A program made the translations under genes and the position numbers. 64,000 bases of DNA, from contig JABCTZ010000032.1 in the NCBI GenBank assembly GCA_018238155.1, positions 288,001-352,000 of the forward strand, in the 5' to 3' direction. A model generated the notes under the pieces. The model saw nothing but the letters and a program-made list of their open reading frames with translations, made no database searches and was not told the DNA's origin. Each line of letters starts with the position of its first letter. Positions within the stretch are counted from its first letter, which is position 1. Source of the stretch: Candidatus Heimdallarchaeota archaeon (GTDB taxonomy: Archaea; Asgardarchaeota; Heimdallarchaeia; JABLTI01). Of the stretch, positions 49,214 to 57,525 are shown piece after piece.

Positions 49214-50509
49214 TCAAAATGATATTTGAGTTCCAATTGATTTTTCACCAAAAACCTCTATTGCTGCTTTTCTCACTTGTTCTCTATTTTCTTCAAAAGC
49301 ATACACTCTAAAGATATAGAGCATCCCCATGAGCGATTCAAATATTCTTGATACGTTTCTAATTTTAACTCCTATTTTCTCTTGACTTATACCATCCCTT
49401 CTAAACATGGGTACTTCATAAGCAGGTAAATCTATTGAATGCGAATATGGAACACTAGGGAGTGTGGGAATATCGATGAATATATCTTTTGTTTTTAGGT
49501 TAGCTTTACGTGCAATTTCTTCAATTAATCTTTGACGATAATTTTCTTTGCTGAGAGTTGATTGTAAGAATTCATCTCGAGTCATAAATTCTCTTTCAAA
49601 AGCAACCTTAAGTAGATGTCTATCCGCTAATTTTTTCATCATTTTTTTGGATGATTTGCTTTCTAATAGTTTTGTCCAAACTGTAAAGTCATCTAATTTT
49701 AAATAATCCTCTGGTGTTTTGAAATCAAGTAAACCAAGCTCTTTCTCGGCTAATTCCATTGCACGAACAATCATCAGTTGGGATGCTCTCGATACTTTAT
49801 GGAAATAAATTGTTCTAAAGGATTCCACTCGAGCGATAAGAAATGCTTCAAATGCAGGTAAGGCTGAGTAATTTACTGCTAAATTTCCTTCAAATACGCC
49901 CATTGTATAGAGGATTCTCATAATATCTACTTGACCATATTCTGCTCCTGTATGATAGGAATCTCGAACAATGAAATCCATTTTATCTACATCACAAGCA
50001 CCTGAGATAATCTGATTCAGATACCCTTTGCCCTTAATGGTTTTATTTCCATTAATTAATCCAGAAATAATATCAACATTCACTCCATTTGTTTTTAGGA
50101 TATCAGAAATTTCACTTTTCTGTATAATCCATCTTGAAAGATCTTCGTGATTTTTGTTTGCTTTGGATAAAAGTGCTTCAAATGTGTGTGAGAAAGGACC
50201 GTGACCTATATCATGTAGCAAACCAGCAACCTTTACATGAGTAATATCCTTTTCAGAAAGAGTAACATTTTCATCGTTTGTAATTGAATGAGCCATTTTT
50301 TCTGCTAAATAACTAACGCCAAGAGAATGCTCGAATCGAGTATGATTTGCTCCAGGATAAACATATTCTGATCCTGAGAGTTGTTTTATTCTTCTTAGGC
50401 GTTGGAAATATCTAGTATCTATGAGTTCTCTTACTAAATCATCAACGAAAATATAACCATGAATTGGATCTTTAATGAATTGTATTTTTTTAATGTTAGA
50501 TTGATTCAA
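49214..50509 (-). CDS. HD-domain dNTP triphosphohydrolase, SAMHD1-like
   Basis: DPIHG, QRLRRIKQL, HTRFEHSLG, LLHDIGHGPFSH, DVDKMD. Confidence 0.92.
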   Translation of the reverse strand: MNQSNIKKIQFIKDPIHGYIFVDDLVRELIDTRYFQRLRRIKQLSGSEYVYPGANHTRFEHSLGVSYLAEKMAHSITNDENVTLSEKDITHVKVAGLLHDIGHGPFSHTFEALLSKANKNHEDLSRWIIQKSEISDILKTNGVNVDIISGLINGNKTIKGKGYLNQIISGACDVDKMDFIVRDSYHTGAEYGQVDIMRILYTMGVFEGNLAVNYSALPAFEAFLIARVESFRTIYFHKVSRASQLMIVRAMELAEKELGLLDFKTPEDYLKLDDFTVWTKLLESKSSKKMMKKLADRHLLKVAFEREFMTRDEFLQSTLSKENYRQRLIEEIARKANLKTKDIFIDIPTLPSVPYSHSIDLPAYEVPMFRRDGISQEKIGVKIRNVSRIFESLMGMLYIFRVYAFEENREQVRKAAIEVFGEKSIGTQISF

Positions 50510-50637
50510 TTCCAGTTGCTCCTAATGGATCTTGATGTATTCTTTCCTGTTATTCTGTTCTATAGGCAAACATAATCCTATCCTTATAAAAAAATTTACT
50601 CAAATAGATGATGTTTATTTAAAAAAGAAGAAATAAA

Positions 50638-50669
50638 AGTGGCTGAGGGGCTTTTTTCCCCAAAGCACT
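50638..50669 (-). terminator. Hairpin plus U-rich tail after the roadblock gene
   Basis: Minus strand reads AGTGCTTTGGGG-AAAAAAG-CCCCTCAGCCACT then TTTATTTCTT. Confidence 0.5.
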
Positions 50670-50684
50670 AGTAATCGTTTTTTT

Positions 50685-51083
50685 TTATGAAGATGGGACA
50701 GAACCCATTATTTGGGATAGTGTTGGAGCATGAGTTGACAAGCTCTTTACTGTTAATGGCATTGATTTCTGATCAGTGGATCCACCAATTAAATAAAATC
50801 TACCAATATCTTTCATGACCATAAAGCCATTTGCGCCTCTAAGAATAATGTCTTGTAAAGGACTAAATGATAATCGATCAAGATATAGCTTACTGGTGGA
50901 AACAAGTGCGGCAGCCATTGCTGATAGCTCAACAGGGTCGATATCTTTGTTTTGTGCAAAGAAAGCAACTCTTTCTCCTGCTTCCGAGACAATTGCCAGA
51001 GCTCCTAGTTGTGTTTCTGCTGTAATTTGCTGTAAAACAGCTACAAGCTCTTTTGCTTTTTCTGGTGGAATTTTTATTGCCAT
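50685..51083 (-). CDS. Roadblock/LC7 domain protein
   Basis: AIVSEAG, LSAMAAAL, IILRGANG. Confidence 0.85.
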   Translation of the reverse strand: MAIKIPPEKAKELVAVLQQITAETQLGALAIVSEAGERVAFFAQNKDIDPVELSAMAAALVSTSKLYLDRLSFSPLQDIILRGANGFMVMKDIGRFYLIGGSTDQKSMPLTVKSLSTHAPTLSQIMGSVPSS

Positions 51084-51115
51084 AATATCTCACACACAAA
51101 TTGTTTTTTAGTTAT

Positions 51116-52126
51116 TTATTCAATTTCTATTTGGAAGGTACTCATCAAGTCCTCAATACCTTGATCAAATTGTACATCTTCTTCCTTTTTCTTAACTACT
51201 TTTTCAAGCTTCTTTAATACTTCGACAACTTTAACAACGCCATTTTCTATGACGATTCTTGGAACACGATCTGGTGCTAAGAACACTCCTTCAGGAGGAT
51301 TTGGTGGGACAAGAAATTCAGTTCCTTGTTGTTTGTAAACGCCTGTTCCAACAATTACTAAATCTCTTTCATACCCTGAAGGTACTCCTAATTCTTTTAT
51401 GATCTTGAATGCATAGGATGGATCTATTTCTTCTGTCATTTTCTGTGAAGCTGGTTGTGGAGGTGGTGTTGCTGTTTGTGCTGGGGTTGGTGGAGGAGTA
51501 ACTTGTTTCGCGGTTTTTTTTGCTTGAACAGGTGCTGGACGAATCATCTTAGGTTCACTGCCACCATTCATCATTTCACTTAAAATAGTCCTTTGTTTCT
51601 GAGGTTGTTTTTGACCCTGAGATTCAGGTCTCTTTGCTCTAGGACCACTTGCTGCTGCTTGGTTTGTTGGTTCAGCTCGAGAACCAGCGAATTGGGATGC
51701 CTCTGCTTTATCTTTATCTGTATAAATTATCTTTTTGCCTGGTTCTTCCCCTCTTAATTTAAATTCAACATTCTGTTCTAATCCCATTGTAGATGGGTTT
51801 GTTGGAATTCCCCGGGTGGAACTTTCAACAACACCAACGGTTGCTTCTCCTCTTGATCTCTTAATTGTAAACTCAAATTCATTAGTTTCATCTCCCTCTT
51901 CAACAACTGATAACCGGTAAGCAAATCCATAATAGGTTTTTCGCAATTCTGCAGCAGCTCTACTACCAATAAATTTCTTCTTTATACCAGAATTTGCTCC
52001 TTTCCATAGAAAGATTCGTTTAAATTGATCATCAACAACAATTATTACTCTTGTACTTTCTTGAATAAACTCTTTTTCTTCTTCTAAAGAGCCATCTTCA
52101 AGTACTAGATAAAATTTCATAGACAT
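51116..52126 (-). CDS. Gelsolin-domain protein with Pro-rich linker and C-terminal domain (1DGelX-like)
   Basis: VIIVVD..IFLWKGANS..KF.G.R.A..VVEEGDE..F gelsolin motif. Confidence 0.8.
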   Translation of the reverse strand: MSMKFYLVLEDGSLEEEKEFIQESTRVIIVVDDQFKRIFLWKGANSGIKKKFIGSRAAAELRKTYYGFAYRLSVVEEGDETNEFEFTIKRSRGEATVGVVESSTRGIPTNPSTMGLEQNVEFKLRGEEPGKKIIYTDKDKAEASQFAGSRAEPTNQAAASGPRAKRPESQGQKQPQKQRTILSEMMNGGSEPKMIRPAPVQAKKTAKQVTPPPTPAQTATPPPQPASQKMTEEIDPSYAFKIIKELGVPSGYERDLVIVGTGVYKQQGTEFLVPPNPPEGVFLAPDRVPRIVIENGVVKVVEVLKKLEKVVKKKEEDVQFDQGIEDLMSTFQIEIE

Positions 52127-52266
52127 TTTAGTTTTTCTCCATTAAGCACTATATATAAAATTGATACATTTAATCTTTTATTGTTTTCTAAATATGCATA
52201 TTTGATATTTATTATCATTATCCTTTATATAAAAATCCCTTTGGGCATAATTTCCCCAATTTAAAT

Positions 52267-52680
52267 CTATTCTAGGTCATAAAATTGTTTTAAAAGATCA
52301 TCCACAAGAGTGATTGCCTCTGTAAACAAACTCTCGTTCTGCTCTTTGAAATTTGTCGATAAATAAACAATTTTGCTTATTGCTCTTACTACTTTTTCAG
52401 CTAAAGCTTTAGTATAAATTTCGTTTCTTGAACCTATAACAGTTGCACTTGTTAATCCTCTTCTCCCTGTTGGAGAATCAGAATAGCTTCTCTCACTCGA
52501 GAGACCTAAGCTTGTATCAATAGGTAGAGAGAGTGCAGTTGTTCCCAATTTATTCGCTCCTAAATGGGAAATGGAGATGAAAATACCGTTCTCGAAATCT
52601 GTTGCTATAATCTGAAGATTTTCACCTTCTTGAAAATAAAATGGATGTTTGATTCTCCCTTCGATTTTTCTATTTTCCAT
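52267..52680 (-). CDS. Proteasome assembly chaperone PAC4/PSMG4-like
   Basis: F..GIFISI..LG..ALSLP..SATVIG..KALAEKV..KIVYLS.N pattern parallels PSMG4 (recalled alignment). Confidence 0.6.
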   Translation of the reverse strand: MENRKIEGRIKHPFYFQEGENLQIIATDFENGIFISISHLGANKLGTTALSLPIDTSLGLSSERSYSDSPTGRRGLTSATVIGSRNEIYTKALAEKVVRAISKIVYLSTNFKEQNESLFTEAITLVDDLLKQFYDLE

Positions 52681-52706
52681 AAATAATCAACACATTTGAG
52701 CACTAT

Positions 52707-53186
52707 CTATTTGAGTAGATCCAATGTTAGAATAATATCAGCAACTGATTCTATAGCTGGGGAAATATCTTTATCCCATATAATTACCGCAAGGCTTTTC
52801 TTGTTTTTTATTTGAGATAGAATTGGAATTAAATTTTTATCTGCTGTTCCAATAGCAACTATGTCTATTCCATCATTATTCATCATTTCTAATGCACGAA
52901 TAGAAACATGAATATCTACATCACTGCCAACAATTTCTTCACTAAATCCTTGAGCTCTCAATAAATCAGAATCTTTCTGACTAATTTGTGTGTCTGTGAT
53001 TATTTTACCAGTTCGAACTATGCCAATTTGATTCAGAGATTTTTTAAGTGATTTCATTTTCGAAAAAGGGAAATCTGGAAGAATCGTAGGACCATCAATA
53101 ATTAATGCTATTTTCTTTTTATTCTCATCGGATATTATTCGTAAGGCTTTACCAACTCTATTTAATACCATTTTTTTCACCTTCAT
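52707..53186 (-). CDS. NYN domain protein (TIGR00288-like)
   Basis: IALIIDGP, DVDI, IVAIGTAD..IP, AD. Confidence 0.75.
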   Translation of the reverse strand: MKVKKMVLNRVGKALRIISDENKKKIALIIDGPTILPDFPFSKMKSLKKSLNQIGIVRTGKIITDTQISQKDSDLLRAQGFSEEIVGSDVDIHVSIRALEMMNNDGIDIVAIGTADKNLIPILSQIKNKKSLAVIIWDKDISPAIESVADIILTLDLLK

Positions 53187-53198
53187 TTAAATTGAATG

Positions 53199-53963
53199 TT
53201 ATTTACCATACCTTCTTTCTCTTTGTTGAAAAATTCTTATCGCACGCCAAAGGTCAATTTTTCGGAACGCAGGCCAGTATATATCTGTAAAGTATAATTC
53301 TGAATAAGCACTTTGCCATAGTAAGAATCCACTTAACCTTTCTTCTCCAGAAGTTCTGATAATAAGATCAGGGTCTGGTAATCCTTCTGTGTAAAGGTGA
53401 TTACCAATTACTTTTTCATCTACTTCTTCTAAAGTTAACTCATTCTTCTGTACTTTTTTGATTACTTTTTTAACCGCATCAACTATTTCTGCTCTCCCAC
53501 CATAACTGATTGCAATATTTAATTGAAAATTATCGTAGTCTTTCGTGCATTCTTCAATTTCATCAATTGATTTGTTGATCTTATCTGGAAGAGTCTCTCT
53601 ACGACCAATAACCTTTACTTTTACTTTGTTTTTCACAATTAAGGGTTCACTTCTCAATTGATGCAATTTTTCAACTAATAATTCCATTATACGTTGTACT
53701 TCTTCAGGAGCTCTCGAGAAATTTTCAGTAGAGAATGCATAAATAGTAATAATTTTGACTCCTATTTTCCAAGACCAATTAAGTAGTTCCTCTACTTTTT
53801 GTGCACCGAAAGCATGTCCATCTTTTTCATCTAAACCCTTTTTTCGAGCAAATCTTCTATTTCCATCTAAAATAACACCAATATGTTGTGGTTTTGGAAA
53901 TTTTTTAACTTGTTTCCATAATCTATTTTCATAAATAGTATAGATAGGATTTTTGATTTTCAT
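53199..53963 (-). CDS. uppS: cis-prenyltransferase UppS
   Basis: HIGVILDGNRR, YAFSTENF, YGGRAEI, PDLIIRTSGEERLSGFLLWQ, RRYG. Confidence 0.97.
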   Translation of the reverse strand: MKIKNPIYTIYENRLWKQVKKFPKPQHIGVILDGNRRFARKKGLDEKDGHAFGAQKVEELLNWSWKIGVKIITIYAFSTENFSRAPEEVQRIMELLVEKLHQLRSEPLIVKNKVKVKVIGRRETLPDKINKSIDEIEECTKDYDNFQLNIAISYGGRAEIVDAVKKVIKKVQKNELTLEEVDEKVIGNHLYTEGLPDPDLIIRTSGEERLSGFLLWQSAYSELYFTDIYWPAFRKIDLWRAIRIFQQRERRYGK

Positions 53964-54241
53964 ATACTGCCAACAACCACTTCACGATTGCTATTCTATT
54001 AACTCATATATTTTTTGTTGTATAGATGCTATATCTTTTCTATCTTATTTTAACCTTTTTTAGTAAAATGGCAATTCAAATTTAAGAATTCTCTTAAAAA
54101 ATTAAGAGGCTAATAATATTTTATTATTCACTTTCATAATTAGAATTTGAAAACTAATATATTCTTAAAACGAAAAAAGAAAAGAATAGAAGAAAAGTTA
54201 CTTGCTGTAAATAAACAGCAAAGTTAGTCTCAAATAATGAA

Positions 54242-54673
54242 TTATAAGATATCAGCTATTTTTCTTGCTGCTCTACCCATTTCGAGGAAGATCAAACCAA
54301 GTTTGGCATCTTTTCGGGAGCTAACAGTTAAAACAGCATTTGGACCTGCGTTCATTGAAATAATGGTACCTTCTGACCCTTCAATGAAAACTCTTTCAAT
54401 GTGACCTTTCTTCATTTCCTCAATAACTCTTTCACCTAATGACAACATTGCTGCTGTCATAGCGGCTAATCGTGTTTCTTCTATATCACGAGGTAATGCT
54501 GAAGCTATGGGTAAACCTTCAACGCTAACTACGGCTGCTGCTTCGATTTCTGGAACTGATGTTTCCAATTCTTTTAGTAAGTTGTTGAGCTCTGTGTTTC
54601 TTCCACCAGCTGATCCGAAACCGATTACTGAGAGTAAATCTTCTCTTGAAACTTGTTCATCTTTTCGCTGCAA
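54242..54673 (-). CDS. Roadblock/LC7 domain protein
   Basis: AAVVSVEGLPIAS, LAAMTAAMLSLGER, KLGLIFLEM. Confidence 0.93.
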   Translation of the reverse strand: MQRKDEQVSREDLLSVIGFGSAGGRNTELNNLLKELETSVPEIEAAAVVSVEGLPIASALPRDIEETRLAAMTAAMLSLGERVIEEMKKGHIERVFIEGSEGTIISMNAGPNAVLTVSSRKDAKLGLIFLEMGRAARKIADIL

Positions 54674-55025
54674 TTCTACACCTTCTGAGGATTAAATTGG
54701 TCAATATTCTTTTGACATTAATATTCTTTGTATATAGGTATATGTTGATTTAAGTATTAAACTATAAATCTTACCTACATATCATTTAATGTACTACAAA
54801 TAAAACATACACTATAAAAAAACTTCGAAAGGGGTCTTTTTTTTGTATAACAATAATCTATCGTTATTTTATCAATAATAGCTCTAATTTTCTTAATGTT
54901 TTACTCTTTTTGTATTATACTTGAATTTAGATAATAATAATCACAGAATAATTTTCTATTACTTCGAATCATTTATTAATGTGTGAAAAACCAACTCAAT
55001 TGACTCAATCTGGTGAGAATTATCC

Positions 55026-55688
55026 TTGAAGTATAAGAAACTATTACCTATCACAGCAACGATTGCAATTACAATACTATTGTTTGTAAATGGTGTTGGA
55101 AAAACTACCGCTGAAACGCCATTGAATAATGTAATAGTATATATGGTACCCGATATAGTTGAACCACATGTAGGTCAATTAGTAAATACTACAGTTGTTT
55201 TTAGAAATGCACTCAATAGTACAGATAATTTGTATAATACTACAATAAGATTTGATGCAACGAGTTCATTCAATATCTCAGATGTTTATGGTGTTTCAAG
55301 TAATATGACCTTTTACAATTCCACAGATTACTATTTAGATGTAAATAATACAGAACCATTATTCTATTGGGATGTAGATTCTGTTAACGTCACCTGGGCA
55401 AATATATTGCCTGATACATTTCAATCATTCTGGTTTATTGCGAATTGTACAGAAGAAGGTTATGTTGGAATTAATAATTTGAATGTTACTTACTACCATA
55501 ATAATGAAAGGAAATCATTTATTGGGCAAGCGTTTTCATTTGAAATCTCTCCAATACCTTCAACACCACGTTTGGATGTTCCAATTAGATCACCTCAAAA
55601 TTGGTCTTGGTGGTTGATTGGTGGAATAATCATTGGTGTTCCATTGGTTGTTATTATAATTACAAGAATTACATTATGGAAACGTTAA
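55026..55688 (+). CDS. TRAP-beta (SSR2)-like Ig-fold type I membrane protein
   Basis: Signal peptide; NVTWANILP..S..GY..VTY; SPQNWSWW + TM GVPL + basic tail. Confidence 0.55.
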   Translation: MKYKKLLPITATIAITILLFVNGVGKTTAETPLNNVIVYMVPDIVEPHVGQLVNTTVVFRNALNSTDNLYNTTIRFDATSSFNISDVYGVSSNMTFYNSTDYYLDVNNTEPLFYWDVDSVNVTWANILPDTFQSFWFIANCTEEGYVGINNLNVTYYHNNERKSFIGQAFSFEISPIPSTPRLDVPIRSPQNWSWWLIGGIIIGVPLVVIIITRITLWKR

Positions 55689-55707
55689 TTGTTTCCATTT
55701 TAATATT

Positions 55708-56802
55708 TCACTTTTCAATTATTTTCTTGTATAATGATTCATATTGAGGAATGATTTTATCAGGATGGAATACTTCCTTAGCTCGTTGAGCTGAAGCCTT
55801 TCCTAATTTCTTTCTTAAAGTTTCATCTTCAATCATAACGTTCATATATTTAGCTAAGGCATCAATATCTCCTGGTTCAACAACAAAACCAGTTTTTTCA
55901 TGCTCTACAACTTCAGGTAAACCACCTGCATTTGAAGAAATAACCGGTATATTGCATGCCATAGCTTCTAAAGCTGCTAAACCAAAGCTTTCTTTTTCAG
56001 AAGGAATGACAAAAACATCAGTAAAACATAAAACACGAGGAACATTTAGAAGACTTCCTCTGAATGTAATCTTGTCATTAATACCTAAGGATATTGCTAA
56101 GTCTTGGCAATATTCTCGTTCTGGTCCTTCTCCAATCATTTCTAATCTGACATGATCAAATTTCTCTGCTTCGATTGCAAATGCTTTGACAATATCTGGT
56201 GAGCGTTTCACTTTTCGAAAGTTAGAAACATGACAGAAAACAACTTCCTCTTTTTCTGGCTTTTTAATTTTGGAAAATTTCTTGGGATCTACGAAATTAT
56301 ATATAACTTCAATGTCTTTTTCCATATCATAATTATCAACTACGAATTGTTTCATCCATTTTGATACTGTTGTTAATGCATCATGATTGTTTAAACTATT
56401 AACTAAAATCGGTTTGTAAGCATCATCGAGACCTAGAAGATGCATGTCAGAACCATGAATTGTCGATATGATTTTCGCTTTATTATTACTCAATTTTGCA
56501 AGATACAAGGATGTTGCATGAGGGATTGCGTAATGACCATGGAGAATATCCAATTCATGTTCATTAACTAATTTGTGCAATAGAGATGCTAAAATAATGG
56601 TGTATGGTTTGTACTTGAAAAGAGGATATGATAAAATGTTTACTTCATGAAAAATAAAATCCTCTTCCAGTTTTAATCTCTCAGGTATTTGATAGGAAAT
56701 AAAATGAACTTCATGTCCTCTTTTTTGAAGTTCTAATCCCAATTCAGTTCCAACAATACCACTACCACCAAAAGTCGGATAATTGATTATGCCAATTTTC
56801 AT
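55708..56802 (-). CDS. bshA: N-acetyl-alpha-D-glucosaminyl L-malate synthase
   Basis: MKIGI.YPTFGGSG..TELG, YPLFKYKPY, HYAIPHA, HGSD, HVSNFRKVKR, ESFGLAALEAMAC. Confidence 0.93.
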   Translation of the reverse strand: MKIGIINYPTFGGSGIVGTELGLELQKRGHEVHFISYQIPERLKLEEDFIFHEVNILSYPLFKYKPYTIILASLLHKLVNEHELDILHGHYAIPHATSLYLAKLSNNKAKIISTIHGSDMHLLGLDDAYKPILVNSLNNHDALTTVSKWMKQFVVDNYDMEKDIEVIYNFVDPKKFSKIKKPEKEEVVFCHVSNFRKVKRSPDIVKAFAIEAEKFDHVRLEMIGEGPEREYCQDLAISLGINDKITFRGSLLNVPRVLCFTDVFVIPSEKESFGLAALEAMACNIPVISSNAGGLPEVVEHEKTGFVVEPGDIDALAKYMNVMIEDETLRKKLGKASAQRAKEVFHPDKIIPQYESLYKKIIEK

Positions 56803-56841
56803 CTTAATATCTATCCTCGAATATAATTAATCATTATTCAT

Positions 56842-57525
56842 TTATTTATTTATTATTGTTTTCCATTTATCAACCTTTAACGAATCTCTTATCATAAAGG
56901 CTTCTCCAAATGAAACATCAATTAATGAACCATAATAGACACATCTTTCTACCAAAGGAAATGGAAGGTATACTTTTGAAAATTCTTTAAATTGAGATTT
57001 GTGACTCATGATTGCTTCTTTTTTTCGTTCAAAAAAATCACTTACATCCATAATAAATGATGGAGTAAATTGACCATTTAATTCATAATAGATAAGTTGT
57101 TGAATTTTATGTTGGGGATATTCAAGTTTGAATTTTTTCAATTTTGCATAATGAGCTGCTTTTGTGATTATCTCAGAACTAGCAACGTGATCTGGGTGTC
57201 TATCAATCCAATAAGGTGCTAAAACAATTTTTGGTTGATATTGGCGGATTTTCTTTGCTACAGCAAAAATGTCTTCTTGGGAAATATCTAAACCAAGATA
57301 TCCATCAGGTAAACCTAGATTTTCTCTAAATTCCACGCCAAGTTTTTTTGCCGCACTTTGCGCTTCCTTCAAACGAATCTCCTTTGTACCAAGTGTACCC
57401 ATTTCACCTGCTGTTAAATCAATAATACCTACTTTCAATCCTTCTACAACAGCTTTTGTTATTGCTCCTCCGGCACCAAGCTCTGCATCATCCGGGTGCG
57501 GTCCAAAAACTAAAACATCCAACAT
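56842..57525 (-). CDS. bshB1: Bacillithiol biosynthesis deacetylase
   Basis: HPDDAELG, DLTAGEMGT, DRHPDH, HKSQF, GEAF; lies between bshC and bshA. Confidence 0.9.
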   Translation of the reverse strand: MLDVLVFGPHPDDAELGAGGAITKAVVEGLKVGIIDLTAGEMGTLGTKEIRLKEAQSAAKKLGVEFRENLGLPDGYLGLDISQEDIFAVAKKIRQYQPKIVLAPYWIDRHPDHVASSEIITKAAHYAKLKKFKLEYPQHKIQQLIYYELNGQFTPSFIMDVSDFFERKKEAIMSHKSQFKEFSKVYLPFPLVERCVYYGSLIDVSFGEAFMIRDSLKVDKWKTIINK

